DNA of 64,000 nt from Camelus ferus. Its lineage: Eukaryota. The DNA is taken from assembly GCF_009834535.1 (NCBI RefSeq), contig NC_045697.1, positions 87,856,001-87,920,000 of the forward strand, in the 5' to 3' direction. Below, piece after piece: positions 51,459 to 63,785 of the stretch (the first letter of the stretch is position 1; every line of letters begins with the position of its first letter). The position numbers were made by a program, and so were the translations under genes. The notes beneath the pieces were generated by a model. The model was given only the letters and a program-made list of their open reading frames with translations. It was not told the origin of the DNA and searched no databases.

Positions 51459-51535
51459 GGACCTTATTTGTGGTCTTTAGCCATGGCAAAACTCCCACTA
51501 AAGCCAATGGGAGTTGTGGCTAAGTAAACCTTAGT
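51459..51535. mobile_element. ancient palindromic amniote MITE (Chompy/PIF-Harbinger-like)
   Basis: ggcaaaactcccactaaagccaatgggagttgtggctaagtaa resembles the recalled core GGCAAAACTCCCATTGAAGTCAATGGGAGTTTTGCCTGAGTAA; visible inverted arms. Confidence 0.65.
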
Positions 51536-51906
51536 GAATAATATTCATTTTTATACGGTTTGGAATATGAAGCAATAAGAATTGGTATCTGCTTATTATG
51601 TGTTGCCTTTAGTTCCCATGAAAGCATTACCACAAATAGGATGTAGGATTATGGCTTCCTTTAGGTACACAATACAAATCCTGAAATCTTGAACAGAAAC
51701 CATACATTCTTAAGGAAGGAAATACATGTAATTTTAACTAGCTCCTGATTGTTGACTTATAGATTGTCTTTTCTTTGTCCAGTTCAGTATATTGTTTCTA
51801 GAAAAAGAATCATTTTTTTTCATTCTTTTACTACTCTTAACAAATTCTGAGCCCTATTCCACTATGAAAAATAAGAAGTGGAGAGAATAGTGTCAGAAAA
51901 AAAGCA

Positions 51907-52015
51907 ATATCATTTAGGGAATGATTCTGAAAAATATGATATAGTTTCTAAATAATTTTATATCATTTAGGGAATGATTCTGAAAAATATGACACAGTTT
52001 CTAAATAATTTTATA
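51907..52015 (+). repeat. 53-bp tandem duplication (2 copies, 2 mismatches)
   Basis: atatcatttagggaatgattctgaaaaatatga(t/c)a(t/c)agtttctaaataatttt at 51907 and 51960. Confidence 0.97.
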
Positions 52016-52409
52016 ACAGTTTACACCAAATAATCAATAGTGCTGTTTGTATTGGAAATCATCTTACGAGCTGTGTGATCTGGTATGAAACAAAATCACA
52101 AAATAGGCACCAGCCAACTGAACACCATATCAGTAACTGATCACTCTATAATGGGCACCATGGCAGTATCCTTTCATACTAAACATTTGCACACTGCCCC
52201 TTCTCTTCATCCTCCTAATTTTGATATTACGTGGTCGACACTGGAGGGAAATCACTGTTTGTAATCCATTCATTGAACTCAACTAAGAGTACTACTTTAA
52301 ATATTTTTTTCTAGTTTGGATTAGCTTAGAAAATATGACATACATTCCACTTGGCTGACTGAATCATTCACTCCCTGATGGAGTTACTTTGGCAAACTTA
52401 AAACATGAA

Positions 52410-53770
52410 ACACCAGTGACCACTTCTTTCTCCTGGAAATGCTATCTTTCTTTTTCCATGACTCAGATCTTTGCTGGTTAATTTCCTACATGTCTGACTA
52501 CTCTTTTCCAGTATCCTTATCTCCTCTTCCTCAACCTTCTACAAAAACTTTGTTTCCCTGTTTACATTTACTTTCTTTGGGTGAACTTTGCCACATTCAC
52601 ATCGTTAAGCATCACCTGAACTACAGGTCCCCAGGCTGACTGCCTGTTTTTGCAAATTGAGTTTTATTGGAGTACAGTCACGCTCACTCATTGTTGTGGC
52701 TGCTTTCTCACTGCAATGGCAGAGCTGAGTACTTGCAGGAGAGAATGTGTGGCACACCACACCTAAAATGTTTACTGTGTGACCCTTCAACAAAAAGTTT
52801 GCCAACATGACCTAGAATGTGGCTGACTCTCCATAAAGTTGCAGCTGAAGTTTGAAAGTTTAACATGTTCAAAACCAAATTTATTTAATGCCATTTTAAT
52901 CTACTTATTTTGTTTCAGTGAATACTTGAAAGGTGTTTTTATCTACCACTTCTTTCATAGTTCCCATATCTAATTGGTCACAATAGTGCTTATCTCTCTC
53001 AAGGTCTGTTCTACCCACTGATCATACCCATCTTGTACCTGAATATTTTAGTATCTAGTCTCATTTTCAGCATCTATTCCTCTAAATATATCACATACTC
53101 TGTTGCCAGTAATCTTAAATACTCATCTGTTCGAGTGTTTATTAAATTTCATTGGTATCTCCCATTACCTCATGACAAAGTCCAAATCCTTGGCATGTCA
53201 TTCAAGCCCATTTACTGTATATTCCCATATCCTACTGCTATGTGCACTCTTATGTTTTCAAGACTCTATTTCCCAAGTACTTAATATCCTTTCTGTCTCA
53301 TGCATGTCTTTGTTTATTATTATCTCTCTGCTTCAAATGCTTTTTCAACTTTTCTTCTGTGTTCCTACTCATTTTTTTCAAGCTTAATTCAAATGTCAAA
53401 ATTCTCAGTAAAGCAGTAAAGCTGTACTCACAGATAAAATTAAATGTTACCTCATTCTGCTCTTATCTGGCTTAGGATGCATGCAACCTTCCCCTAATCT
53501 CTAGCAAACTCTCAGAATAAACAGGGTGATTTTTTTTCCCCTGTTGAATCTATATGTGGTCTTAGAGTCTTTTTCAGGCAGTTATTAAGAATCAACTAAA
53601 GGTGTTCAGAGAGGTAACATCTGTGTCATAGCATGTGATAAATTTTGTATACTTTATGTGCAGACAGTAACTTCTTCATATACTTATTCCAAGAACCCAG
53701 AACAGGAATAGGTCTTAAAAATCGTATAATCTGCTAAATTGATCTGAACTGATTTAAATTGAGATGGAAA
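52410..53770 (+). mobile_element. L2 fragments interrupted by MER58A
   Basis: Pyrimidine-rich L2-like body on both sides of MER58A (aacatgttcaaaaccaaattt; aaagtccaaatccttggcatg). Confidence 0.55.
52607..52812 (-). mobile_element. MER58A (hAT-Charlie non-autonomous DNA transposon)
   Basis: gcctgtttttgcaaattgagttttattggagtacagtcacgctcactcatt...ggcagagctgagta...cctaaaatgtttact...aaaagtttgccaac. Confidence 0.85.
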
Positions 53771-53929
53771 CACTAATGCAGTATTCCAAGTTAGGAAGAA
53801 TCACTATAATTTCAGATATGATTTAAGATTACTTAAAGACAAATACCAAATCTTCTGATTTGAGTGAGGAAGGTAAGTCTGTCTGTTGACAAGATGAACT
53901 TTATGTCACCATAGTAATAAAATGATAAC

Positions 53930-54170
53930 TGTGATAATAATTACCATTCATGGATTTTCTAGTTATCAAGACTTTTATATTTTGTCTCATTTAATTCTAA
54001 AACAACCTTATTATCATCATAATGTTCATCATCATTCTCCTCTCATCATCTTATTTTATAGATGAAGAAACCAAATAAAGAGACCTTAACTGATTTCTTC
54101 TAGGTTAAACAAGGATTAAGTCTTGGGATTAAAAGTTATTTCTGCCTAACTCTAAAGGCTGGGTTCTTAA
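53930..54170 (-). mobile_element. MIR SINE
   Basis: tctcatttaattctaaaacaacctt...attttatagatgaagaaacc. Confidence 0.65.
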
Positions 54171-54904
54171 ATAAAATATATTGGTCCTTTACTTAGATCT
54201 ATATTGTTTCTGTGAGGGAATACATGAATGGATTATTCTTCTTTTAAGCAGTACACAGAGAATGATTGCAACATGAAATACTTCCAGAAGTACTTTAGAG
54301 TTGGGTAGATTCGGAATGTCTTCTAGTCATCCATACATGGGCATTTCAGCTGAATCTTTTTCAATCTTTAGACACAGGATGATGTGCTAAGTGGTATCAG
54401 GTTCCTAAATGAACTGTCTTCACTGGGTTTTATTAGAAACATCCACTGAAGCTTGAGAATTAGGACAATGGTGTCATTTCAAAAAGATATTTTCTTTCCC
54501 TCCATCTTTCAACTAGCTTAATGTAAAAGCCATTTTCCTCATGCTGTTAGTTATATTCATTGTCTTAAATCTCTGTTTGAGGCTATACCATCTAGCTATA
54601 AGATAGACATTCTACTTTTCTAACCCCCACTGTTTATGTCCTATATGTCCTATACTTAAGCTTACATTATGTATAATTCATTATTATATATTATGTCTTT
54701 TACTTCTCATTGAAGACTTTAATTCCTGTTTTCCTTTCAACTCAAACCCTTGCCATCATCATAGGAAATTTCAATATTCAAATAAGCAACATATCCAACT
54801 CTTGGTTCATTTACTTCTCAGCCATAAGCTCTCAAAACCATAGCCAGGAAATTGTCATCACCTGAAATTATTTCTCTCACAAAACCCATAAATCAGATGC
54901 CCAA

Positions 54905-55442
54905 TACTGGAAGACAAGTCTCCATGGTTGTCTCACATTTCTGCACATTTTGAAAGTGAAGTATTGATTGCCCTTTGTTCTGAACTATCTTTAAAAGAAT
55001 GGGTATATAGAAAATTGTTTCAAAGAATTTGATAGAAATAGTCTCCCTCCAGGACAAGAAGCATGTTTGCTTACAATCTTGAAAGATATTGTCCTCTAGA
55101 GCAAAGGGCAGTTGTGTTTACCATCCAGTATAATAAAAATATCTTCTACCAAGTGCTCACTGACCATTATAAAAACTTTGTATTCCCTAAACTCAACTTT
55201 CCTCTCCTGTAATCAAGCCACTGAATGTGTGTCCATGTGTGTCCACATGGCCCTTTGTGTTGCCCTATGGAAAATAGATCCTGGAAAACTGTTACAAATT
55301 AATTATATGTATTCTGGCTAATTTTATTCCTGTGAGTAATCAATCATTATTCATCTCCACACTAATGGTCTGTGTCTTCTATGTACATTCATAGAAGTAT
55401 GGCACATAGGGTTAAATCTTGAATATTTCACAGTTCTTGACA
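54905..55442 (+). mobile_element. solo LTR, MER77-like, nested in L2
   Basis: agacaagtctccatgg...tttctgcac...ctttgttctgaactatct...gagcaaagggcag...ctgtgagtaat...ttcacagttcttgaca. Confidence 0.85.
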
Positions 55443-56404
55443 TCTGCTTTCTGCACACAATCTCTTGGATATTCTTCCATTTTGCCTGCTAAACTTGCCT
55501 GCCTGCCATCTTACTCTTTTTTTTTGGCCACTCAACTTGCCTCAAGTGCAAAAGCCCTCTCTTGTCTTTATTCATTTCTAGTCAATACTCTGAACCATGT
55601 TGCCATTCTTTTTTCTAACTACACTGGAAAAGATTCTAGTTTTCATGATTCCAGGTATCTGCTTTCTCTTTTCCTAAATGTAGCCTGCTAAACACCTCGG
55701 GGTGAAGGGTGAAGGGGGGAAATAAAATAGACAGAAGATTGGTATCAATATGACTTAATGATCAACAATGTCAAGTAGTCCCTCACTATTCTTCTAGTTA
55801 TGTCTCTCTTACTTTGAGGGAATACTTTTTAAACTTGTCCCATTCCCTTCAACTTCAGCATTAGCCTCAACTTTCTTACTTCTTAGCAAATTATCATTCT
55901 TCCTATTTCATAAGGAAGAGAGTAGCTATAAAATGGGATCCACCTAAACTTTCCATCACCAAATGTGTAAATCCATGCTCTTTTTACACAAAATATCATT
56001 TATGAATATTTATCCTTCATAAGAACATAGAAGTCCTACATTTTATTTAAAACCTTAAACATATTTAGCTCAATAATTTTATTCCTGCTATTTATTAAAT
56101 TTTGTCTCCTTAAGCAAAATAAACCTGTTGATCCAATAATGACTATTTTCTCTGCTTCCCTGAGTTGGAAATGAGTTATTGAGATACAGTGTTTCTGATA
56201 CAACACTCTTGGAAGAGATGGACCTACTGGAAAGCTTAACTTGCTCTAAAATGCATAACCTAGCAGGATAAAAGGAGGATAAAAACTTTACAAAAGAACC
56301 ATAATGGGATGAGACTGCTGCAGTTGGCACTTTCTTCTTGTTTGAACAATGCCCTCCAATCCAACCCAACCCATGTGAATTTCTCTGAACAGAAGGTTGG
56401 CAAA

Positions 56405-56440
56405 CAAAAACAAAAACAAAAACAAAAACAAAAACAAAAA
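56405..56440 (+). repeat. (CAAAAA)6 hexanucleotide repeat
   Basis: Direct observation; it produces the QKQK/FVFV runs in the ORF track. Confidence 0.95.
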
Positions 56441-57459
56441 ACCAGTGAGGTGAAGTCAAAACAACCAGAGAAAGAAGCCTGGACTGTTAACACATCCTGC
56501 ACTGGAACCAGGGTGTAAAATAGGAGGCATGGGTAAGTGGTGCCACATCTTTTTCGACTGAAAAAATAGGTTAGTTCCCCCTTTGTTAAACAATATGTAC
56601 TTGATGTTACGAATGCTCTTGATTATATCTAGACACCTAAGTGAATTAGAGAGCCTTAAGGAAGGCTATTTTTAATCCCTTTAGAACCAATGTTGCCAAA
56701 ACTCCATCTAAGGCAAATCTTGTCATGTGTGCTTTGGACCACATTGTGTTGTACCATTAAGCAATCTTGCATGTGGTGCTATCTTTTCTGAATCTCCACA
56801 CTTCCCTCTGAAAACTTAGCATCTCAGTTTAAATGTACTCAAGACTATTGTGCGCTGTTAGATCCTTTCAGTGGCCTCCTTTCAGTCTGTCTTTCTTGAT
56901 CTCATTACACTTTTAAGATAGTGGACCACTCATCTTTCTTAAATTTTCCTTAGCTTTTGTAAGCTGCATTTTCATATTTTTTTTCTCCTACCTTTTTTCT
57001 CTTTATTCCTTGTCTTGTTTTCTGGTACTTCCTCCTTGAATAACAGTTAAATATTGGATTTCCTCAGCACTCATTTCTAGGTCCTTTTCCTTTTCCTTAA
57101 AAGACTGCCTCTAATTAGGTAATTACATCTACTTTGAGAACCCCAAAATGAGACTCTATACTAACAGCTCCAAAATCTTCATTTCTAGCATGGGACTTCT
57201 CTTCCCATTTTCAGGACCACATATCCCAGAGCCTACAAATTTTCTCTGTATCACAAACAAAAATGTACAAATAGATCTCATAATTCACCACCTTAGCCTT
57301 TGCAACTTTAAAACACTTGCACATTTTTAGGCTTCTATCTCAAATGTTTCACCATAAATTAAATATCTGAAGAGGATGTAATTTTTAGAGTTTTATAAAG
57401 AGTGACATGTAAAAACATTACTGTTAATTTCTATTTGTAGCCATAAGGGAGTTAACAAG

Positions 57460-57722
57460 TATCAGCTTACCTCTGAGCAAATAACTATAAATCTGGACAA
57501 AATATATGAAGGAACTGTTTTTAAGCATTGGACCCCAAATAAGTCAGGACTGTGATTCCTTGAAAGCAAGGAAACATATGAAGTGACCTCCAAGCTCACC
57601 TTGGCTTTTTGCCTGGGGGCGTGTTCCAAGCCACAGCAGAAGTATTTGGAGCACAAAGAGTGGTGGTCCCTCTGGGCAAAGAAAAGAGTGAATGGTGTTT
57701 GAGTTTATTGAAATGACTGCAG
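57460..57722 (+). mobile_element. old L1 5' region fragment (L1MD/L1ME-like)
   Basis: aataactataaatctggacaaaatatatgaagg...caggactgtgattccttga. Confidence 0.6.
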
Positions 57723-58094
57723 TTATCATTAGACTTACCATTATAAATATAATAACATAAAATCAAACAAAAATAATATATTACACTATTCGATATATCA
57801 TATTAAACATAAATAAAATATTATTGGAAATGCATTTTTCCATGAGATAAAATATCTTTTTTCTAATTATCTATTTACCTACTGATGACTATCACCTATT
57901 GGTTGAATCATTCTAATTCCTAGTTTTAAATCTCATAAGCAATAAGTAATTTTAAAAAACCCTAATTCAAACAAATAAGTATATTGAACTAGAAGTCTTT
58001 TTTAAAACTTTCAATGCCACTTATTTTAACTTATATTCTAAAAGCCACATAGTGATCAATCACAAAAATATTAATGATCTCTGAGCTGATAACT

Positions 58095-58800
58095 AGTGTG
58101 TGCAAATATAATTGATTTTTATACATTAATCTTATATCCATCCATCTTTCAAATTTTCTTATTTTTTCTAATAATTTACCTGTAGTTTCCTTGTGTTTTC
58201 TATGTAAAGAATTATATCATTGGCTAATTATGCAAATTTATTTTCTCTTTTTTATTCCTTAGATAATAATGCTCTTCTCCTGTCTTTTGCATTTTGAGCT
58301 CAAATACATATTGAATGAAAGTGATGATAGGAGTAACTTGTTCACCTTAACTTTAAATGGAGTGCTTCTAAAATTTCCCCATTTGGGATCATAATCGCTG
58401 TAGGTTTTTCATAAATTATTTTATCAAGTTGAAGAAGTTGCCTCCTATTGCTAATTCATAAGGATTTATTTTAAATTTTAGGCATACTTTTACATTGTTA
58501 TCAAAAGTTTTTCTGTATTAATTGTTATGATGTAATCCGTTAATGTTAACATGGAGCTATCTTTACATACCTGGGGCAAACTGAACTTAATCATAATGTA
58601 TTTTTTTTTTTTACTATGCTGCCATGTGGAAATTGGTGATATTTTGTTTAGGAATTTTTCACCTATAGTCATCAGGTAAATATGTCTGTAAAGTTCTTTT
58701 CTTGTATTATCATTTTCTGACAGTTTCAAAAATTATAATGACTTCTTAGAATAACTTGAGGAGTGTTTCTTTTTTCACAATCCATGAAAGAGTTTACATG
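58095..58800 (-). mobile_element. old L1 ORF2 (RT region) fragment
   Basis: Minus translation ELYRHIYLMTIGEKFLNKI resembles ENYRPISLMNIDAKILNKI; ttatcaagttgaagaagttgcctcctattgctaatt. Confidence 0.8.
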
Positions 58801-60770
58801 TGTCAAAACATCAGACTACCATGCACTATCTTTAGTAGAAAAGCTTGATTTATGCCTTATTTAACTACAGAGAGCTACAGTGGCCAGATACAGTCACACT
58901 GGATGGAACAAATAGCTGATGATACATGGTTTTGGCAGGAAGATTTGATTCTGGTTATGATGGATATAGGGACAGAAATGGGCAGATGTCAATGTTACAG
59001 AAGCATGGTCAGTGTTGTTTAGAGAGATGGGAGTGGGATACTGGTCCTAGAAGCATAGCTTGGAGTAAGTCCATTGAAACTTAGCTGACTTTCATAATGT
59101 AAGGCTGTCACTGATTGGTTGGCTCTCAAAGGTGTGTTCATTCAGCTGTCACTGGTTAACTAAACAGGTTTAAAATCTCCTCTTACACGAATTTTCTTAC
59201 ACTAACTGAGTGTTCTACAATTCAGTTCAATTCTGACACTAACTACCTGGAGTTAGCACAGATCACACAAGTTAGTGAGCACAGTCCCACAAAACTGCCA
59301 CCACTTCAGATACCAGAAGAAAGTCCTAGGTCTTTTGGCTACCTGCACTTCTGGATGACTTTCTACAAATTCAGGAGTTCCAGAACCCTTGCCCCTTCAG
59401 ATCTGATAATTTTCTAGAAAACTCACAGAACTTGGGAAAGTGCTGTACTGAAGATTACAGTTGTATTGTAAAGGATAAGACTTAGGATTAGCTAAGCAAA
59501 GAGAGACACAGAACAAGGTTGGATTGGGAGAGGGGAGGTAAAGGACTTTCACACTCTCTTTCCTTCTGGAATCCAGGCACACCTCCCTCCCAAAACATCA
59601 AGATGTTTACCAATCTGGAAGTGCCCTGGACTACCTTGTTCAAGATTTTTTACTGAGGCCCCATTACATAGGTATGATTGATCAAATTATTAGCACTTGA
59701 TTAAATCAATCTCCAGCTCCCCCCCCCCCCAGATATTGGGAGGTGGGAATGAAAGGTCTGATTCTCTTATTATGTGTTTGGCCAGCCCCTCTGTTGAAAC
59801 TTTCTGTGGGTCCACCATGAGTCACCGTGCTAGCTTAACTTCATTGCCAAAACAAGGCTTGTTATGAGTAATAAAAAGCATTTCTGTCACTCAGGAAATT
59901 CCAAAGGTTTTTGAAGTTTTGTGCCAGGAATACAAAGCAAAGACCAAATATATATTTTGTATCATACCACCCATGGTAATAGAACATCAACAATTTCTTA
60001 GTAGTGTGGGAGCTTATAAAATTCTCAGGTCTCCCATTTCATTCTTAATCAACCAAAGCTGCTCATGAGACCATCAGGGACTGTCCAGCTTTCCACCACT
60101 TTTAACAAAAGTGATTTTTCTTGAAAATGTGGTTTTGTTTGCAGAAGTCTGATCTTTCATTGAGCTTCAGTCAGCATGATTTTATCCTGTTCATGGCTTT
60201 GAATCATTTGTTGTATCATCTATTGGGACAAAGATTCTACAAAATGTAGAATAATTTAATACTCTGGACAACAGTTATTAGGTTACATTAGATGACAATG
60301 AGGAAACAGGTACAATTAAAATATTATAGAAAGGAATTGGAAGGCTCCCTGGAAGATTTCCCAGGCCTGATAAAGGAAATAAAGTTACAGATGAGGTATC
60401 AATTAGTCATATCTTTTGCTATCATAGAAAATATTTCTTCTTAGTATTTGTTTACTAACAAGGTCAACATGTTCCAAATATGATAGGTTGCCTCGTGGAA
60501 GAGTTTGTCAGGTGCCAATTTGAACTGTCTAGTTTTATCTTAACCTGATGCATTTTACTACCTGATTGTACTCACTGTCTCTTTTCCAAATCTGGTGTCA
60601 AATCTTGGATATCTCCAAAGATTTGTTTTTCTCCTGTATGAAGAATCCTTGCTTAAAGACATTAGCCATTACAGCCTATGAAGATTAATGATCTGCTAAC
60701 TTTTTTTTTGTAGTTTCCCTATGAAGCACACTGTGTTATGTGTTTAACTCAAGACAATCCAGGGCAAAAC
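58801..60770 (-). mobile_element. ERV1-like LTR and internal remnant, interrupted by MER21
   Basis: Begins tgtcaaa (reverse of an LTR ...tttgaca end); sequence right of 59970 resembles degraded ERV internal sequence (aatttgaactgtctagtt). Family not identified. Confidence 0.4.
59185..59970 (-). mobile_element. solo LTR, MER21-family
   Basis: caattcagttcaattctgacactaactacctggagttagcacaga...actcacagaact...tcactcaggaaattccaaagg...agaccaaatatatattt. Confidence 0.9.
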
Positions 60771-60946
60771 AAAAATACATGAGATTATACTTTGTACAAA
60801 CAGTCAAACAAAAGGGAAAGGAAATGATAAGCAAATTAACTGAAAAAATATTTATTAAATACTGCAACAAAAACATCTAGTGACTTTATACAAAAGCCTA
60901 TCTCTAATTTTCAATATATGATGTTCCTCCAAACTAAAAGGCCTAA

Positions 60947-61548
60947 TTAAAACAAAGGCCATAAAGAAAGATAAAGAAGGACATTTTATAATGATTAAAG
61001 GAGTAATACAAGATGAGGATATTACACTCATTAATATATGTGCACCCAATATAGGAGCACCTGAGTACATAAAACAATTACTAACAGAGATAAAGGGGGA
61101 AATTGATGGGAATATAATCATTGTCGGAGATTTTAACACCGCATTAACATTACTAGACAGATCTTCCAGACAGAAAATAAATAAGGCAACAGAGAAATTA
61201 AATGATACAATAGAAAAATTCAATTTGGTGGATATTTTCAGAGCATTACACTCCCAACAAATAGGATATACATTCTCTTCAAGTGTACATGGAGCATTTT
61301 CTAGGACTGATCATGTATTTGGGCACAAAAGAAGCCTCAACAATTTTAAGAAGATAGAAATTATCTCAAGCGTCTTTACTGATCATAATGCCATGAAACT
61401 AGAAATCAACTACAGAGAAACAAAGGAGAAAAAAAGGAAAGCATGGAGATTAAACAACATGCTATTAAAAAATCAATGGGTCAATGATGAAATCAAAGTT
61501 GAAATTAAAAAAAAATTCCTTGAGACAAATGAAAATGAAAATACAACC
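60947..61548 (+). mobile_element. L1 ORF2 fragment (C-terminal half of the APE-like endonuclease plus linker), open frame
   Basis: ORF 60991-61587: INICAPN, IIVGDFNT, FSRTDHVFG, TDHNAMKLE, WRLNNMLL are L1 EN motifs. Confidence 0.95.
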
Positions 61549-62886
61549 AGAGACAAGCAAGATGGTGGAGTAGAAGGACGCTTGTAGCTCACCCTCTCCC
61601 ACAAATACACCAAAACTCACATCTACGGACCTACTCAGCTAACCAGAGCACCTGCTGAACTCCGACAGAACATCGCCCTCTTTGAAAGACAAAGACGCCA
61701 AAAATCTGGTAGGAGAAAAGGAAAAAACAAAAAAGAAAAAGCAAAACAGTGCGGGACCAATCCTGCGGGGTGGGAGCGGCAAAGGAGGACTGGCGCTCAT
61801 TTGCTGGGTCTCTCCTCTCCAACAGAGAGGCCAGTGGGATGGAGGGGGAGCCTCTGAGGCTCAGATCTGCCCCGAGCACCCCCTGACCGACAGAACTGAG
61901 TTCAACGGGCACAAAGAGTCCCTGTGACACCCAGCCCGAGACGCGAGCCGGCAGCTGGGGGCTGGGACAGGCCACCCGAGCCGGGCAGAGGACTGAGGCA
62001 GCTGCACTGGGGCAGCCCCAGGGGACTGCAGGGGGCTGTGTGCTGTGGCTGGGAGGGGATATGGAGCAGAACAACCTTGGTCCCCTATAAATTGCAAAAA
62101 AAGCAAAGCAACTGGGCTGGTGTGCTCTGGGGGGAGGGGCACCGTAGCCTTTGTCTCCTCAGACCTGCACCGCCATAATTGGTGCTTCTTGCAAGAAGAG
62201 AGGTGGAGCTCATCCACAGCCGCCATCTCCTGTGCGAAGCGCCCGGGTGGGGGCGGGGGCAGGGCTGAGCCCTAAATCCGCACCCGGGGGCTCCACAACC
62301 TCCTAGACAGGACGGAGACTTGTTTACAGCCTGAGGCAGATAGGATCTTTCTGCCCTGGAACCTCAGAGAACTCGCGCAGCCAAGACAAACAAGGAGCTG
62401 AGATTTGGCACGGAGCAGGGGTGGGGCCATTCTGCGGTCTTCCCCGAGCCCTTCGGAGCACTGACCTGAGGTGGAGTGAGCAGCTTCACAGAGCAGCGGA
62501 GCGACCAGCGCCGGGAGAGGGCGGGTGGCAACCCGCTTTCCTGGCAGGAACACAGCACCTGACCACGGTGCTGGAGGGGGACGTGATCCGCCCACCTGCC
62601 TCGCCCTAGCGCAGCATCTGACTGCGGCATCAGGAGGCGGAGTGACTCGCCTACCCACCAGGTAGGAGCTCAGCACCTGACCCAGGGTTGGAAGGGAGCG
62701 CTATCTGCTAGCCGACAGCCTCTGGGAGCAGCACAGATGAGGGCGCCAGCAGAAGGCCTCTGGAAACAGCAAGCTGAGTTCAACAAACAGGGCGAAGACA
62801 CAAAGACCTCTCGATAAAATCATTAAGAGCACAGCACCTCCAGAACTAGATAACTGATACTCATTTAGCCACAGTGCCAGAGAGAT
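61549..62886 (+). promoter_or_regulatory. L1 5'UTR internal Pol II promoter, CpG-rich
   Basis: YY1-type CAAGATGG at ~61558; the only GC/CpG-rich kilobase in the window. Confidence 0.75.
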
Positions 62887-63785
62887 ATGAGCAATATGAA
62901 GAAGCAGAGGAACCACTCCCAATTAACAGATCAAGAGAAATCCCCTGAAAGCATGATCAAGGAAATAGACATTGATGGCCTATTAGATCAAGATTTCAAA
63001 AAAGGAGTAATCAAAGTACTGAAGGAACTAAAAGGAAGTGTTTAGAGATATAAAATATGTCAAAAGTGAAATAGAAGCTATAAAGAAGAACCAAGAATTA
63101 GTAAACTCATTTGCTGAGATGACAGCTGACCTAAAGGCTGTACAAAGCAGGCTACATAATATAGAGGAATGAATAAGTGACCTAGAAGACAGGACAACAG
63201 AAAGCACACAATCAGAACAGCTGAGAGAAAAACAAATAAAAAACAATGAAAACAATATAAGGGGCCTATGGGATAATATAAAGTGTGCCAATCTACACAT
63301 AATAGGGGTTTCAGAAGGGGAAGAAAGAACAAAAGGGGCTTGAAAAGGTCTTTGAAGAAATCATGACTGAAAACTTCCCAGACCTAAAGGAATCAGATAT
63401 CCAAGTACAAGAGGCTCAGAGGGTCCCAAACAGGAAGAACCCAAACAGACCCACACCAAGATATATCATAATCAAGATGGCCAGAGTCAAGGATAAAGAA
63501 ATGATCCTAAAAGCAGCAAGAGAAAAACAAAGACTGAGTTACAAGGGAACCCCCATAAGGCTCTCAGCTGATTTCTCTACACAAACACTACAGGCCAGAA
63601 GGGAGTGGCAAGATATATTCAAAGTCCTGAATGAAAAAAAGATGCAGCCTAGGATACTCTATCCAGGAATCGAAGTATCCTTTAGAATCAAAAGAGAGAT
63701 AAAGAACTTCAGAGACAAGCAAAAACTAAAAGAGTTTAGCAACACTAAACCCATGCTGAAAGAAATATTGACAGGTCTAGTCTAA
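62887..63785 (+). pseudogene. L1 ORF1 (RNA-binding chaperone), disrupted
   Basis: MSNMKKQRNHSQ... start; frameshifts near 63035 and 63338; in-frame TGA at 63170-63172; C-terminal AREKQ, GTPIRLSADFS, LQARREW, PRILYP motifs. Confidence 0.93.

Noticed and set aside
51907..52015. Direct repeat as a CRISPR-like array
   Set aside because: Two adjacent copies with no spacers, in mammalian DNA.
56088..56518. ORFs with FVFV/CFCF/QKQK runs
   Set aside because: Translation of the (CAAAAA)n repeat.
60991..61587. 198-aa ORF as a functional endonuclease gene
   Set aside because: It lacks the EN N-terminus, and its end is read-through into another L1 5'UTR; it is a transposon fragment.
61631..62922. Many overlapping GC-rich ORFs and a CpG island as a host gene promoter
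   Set aside because: All lie within the L1 5'UTR, where high GC suppresses stop codons.
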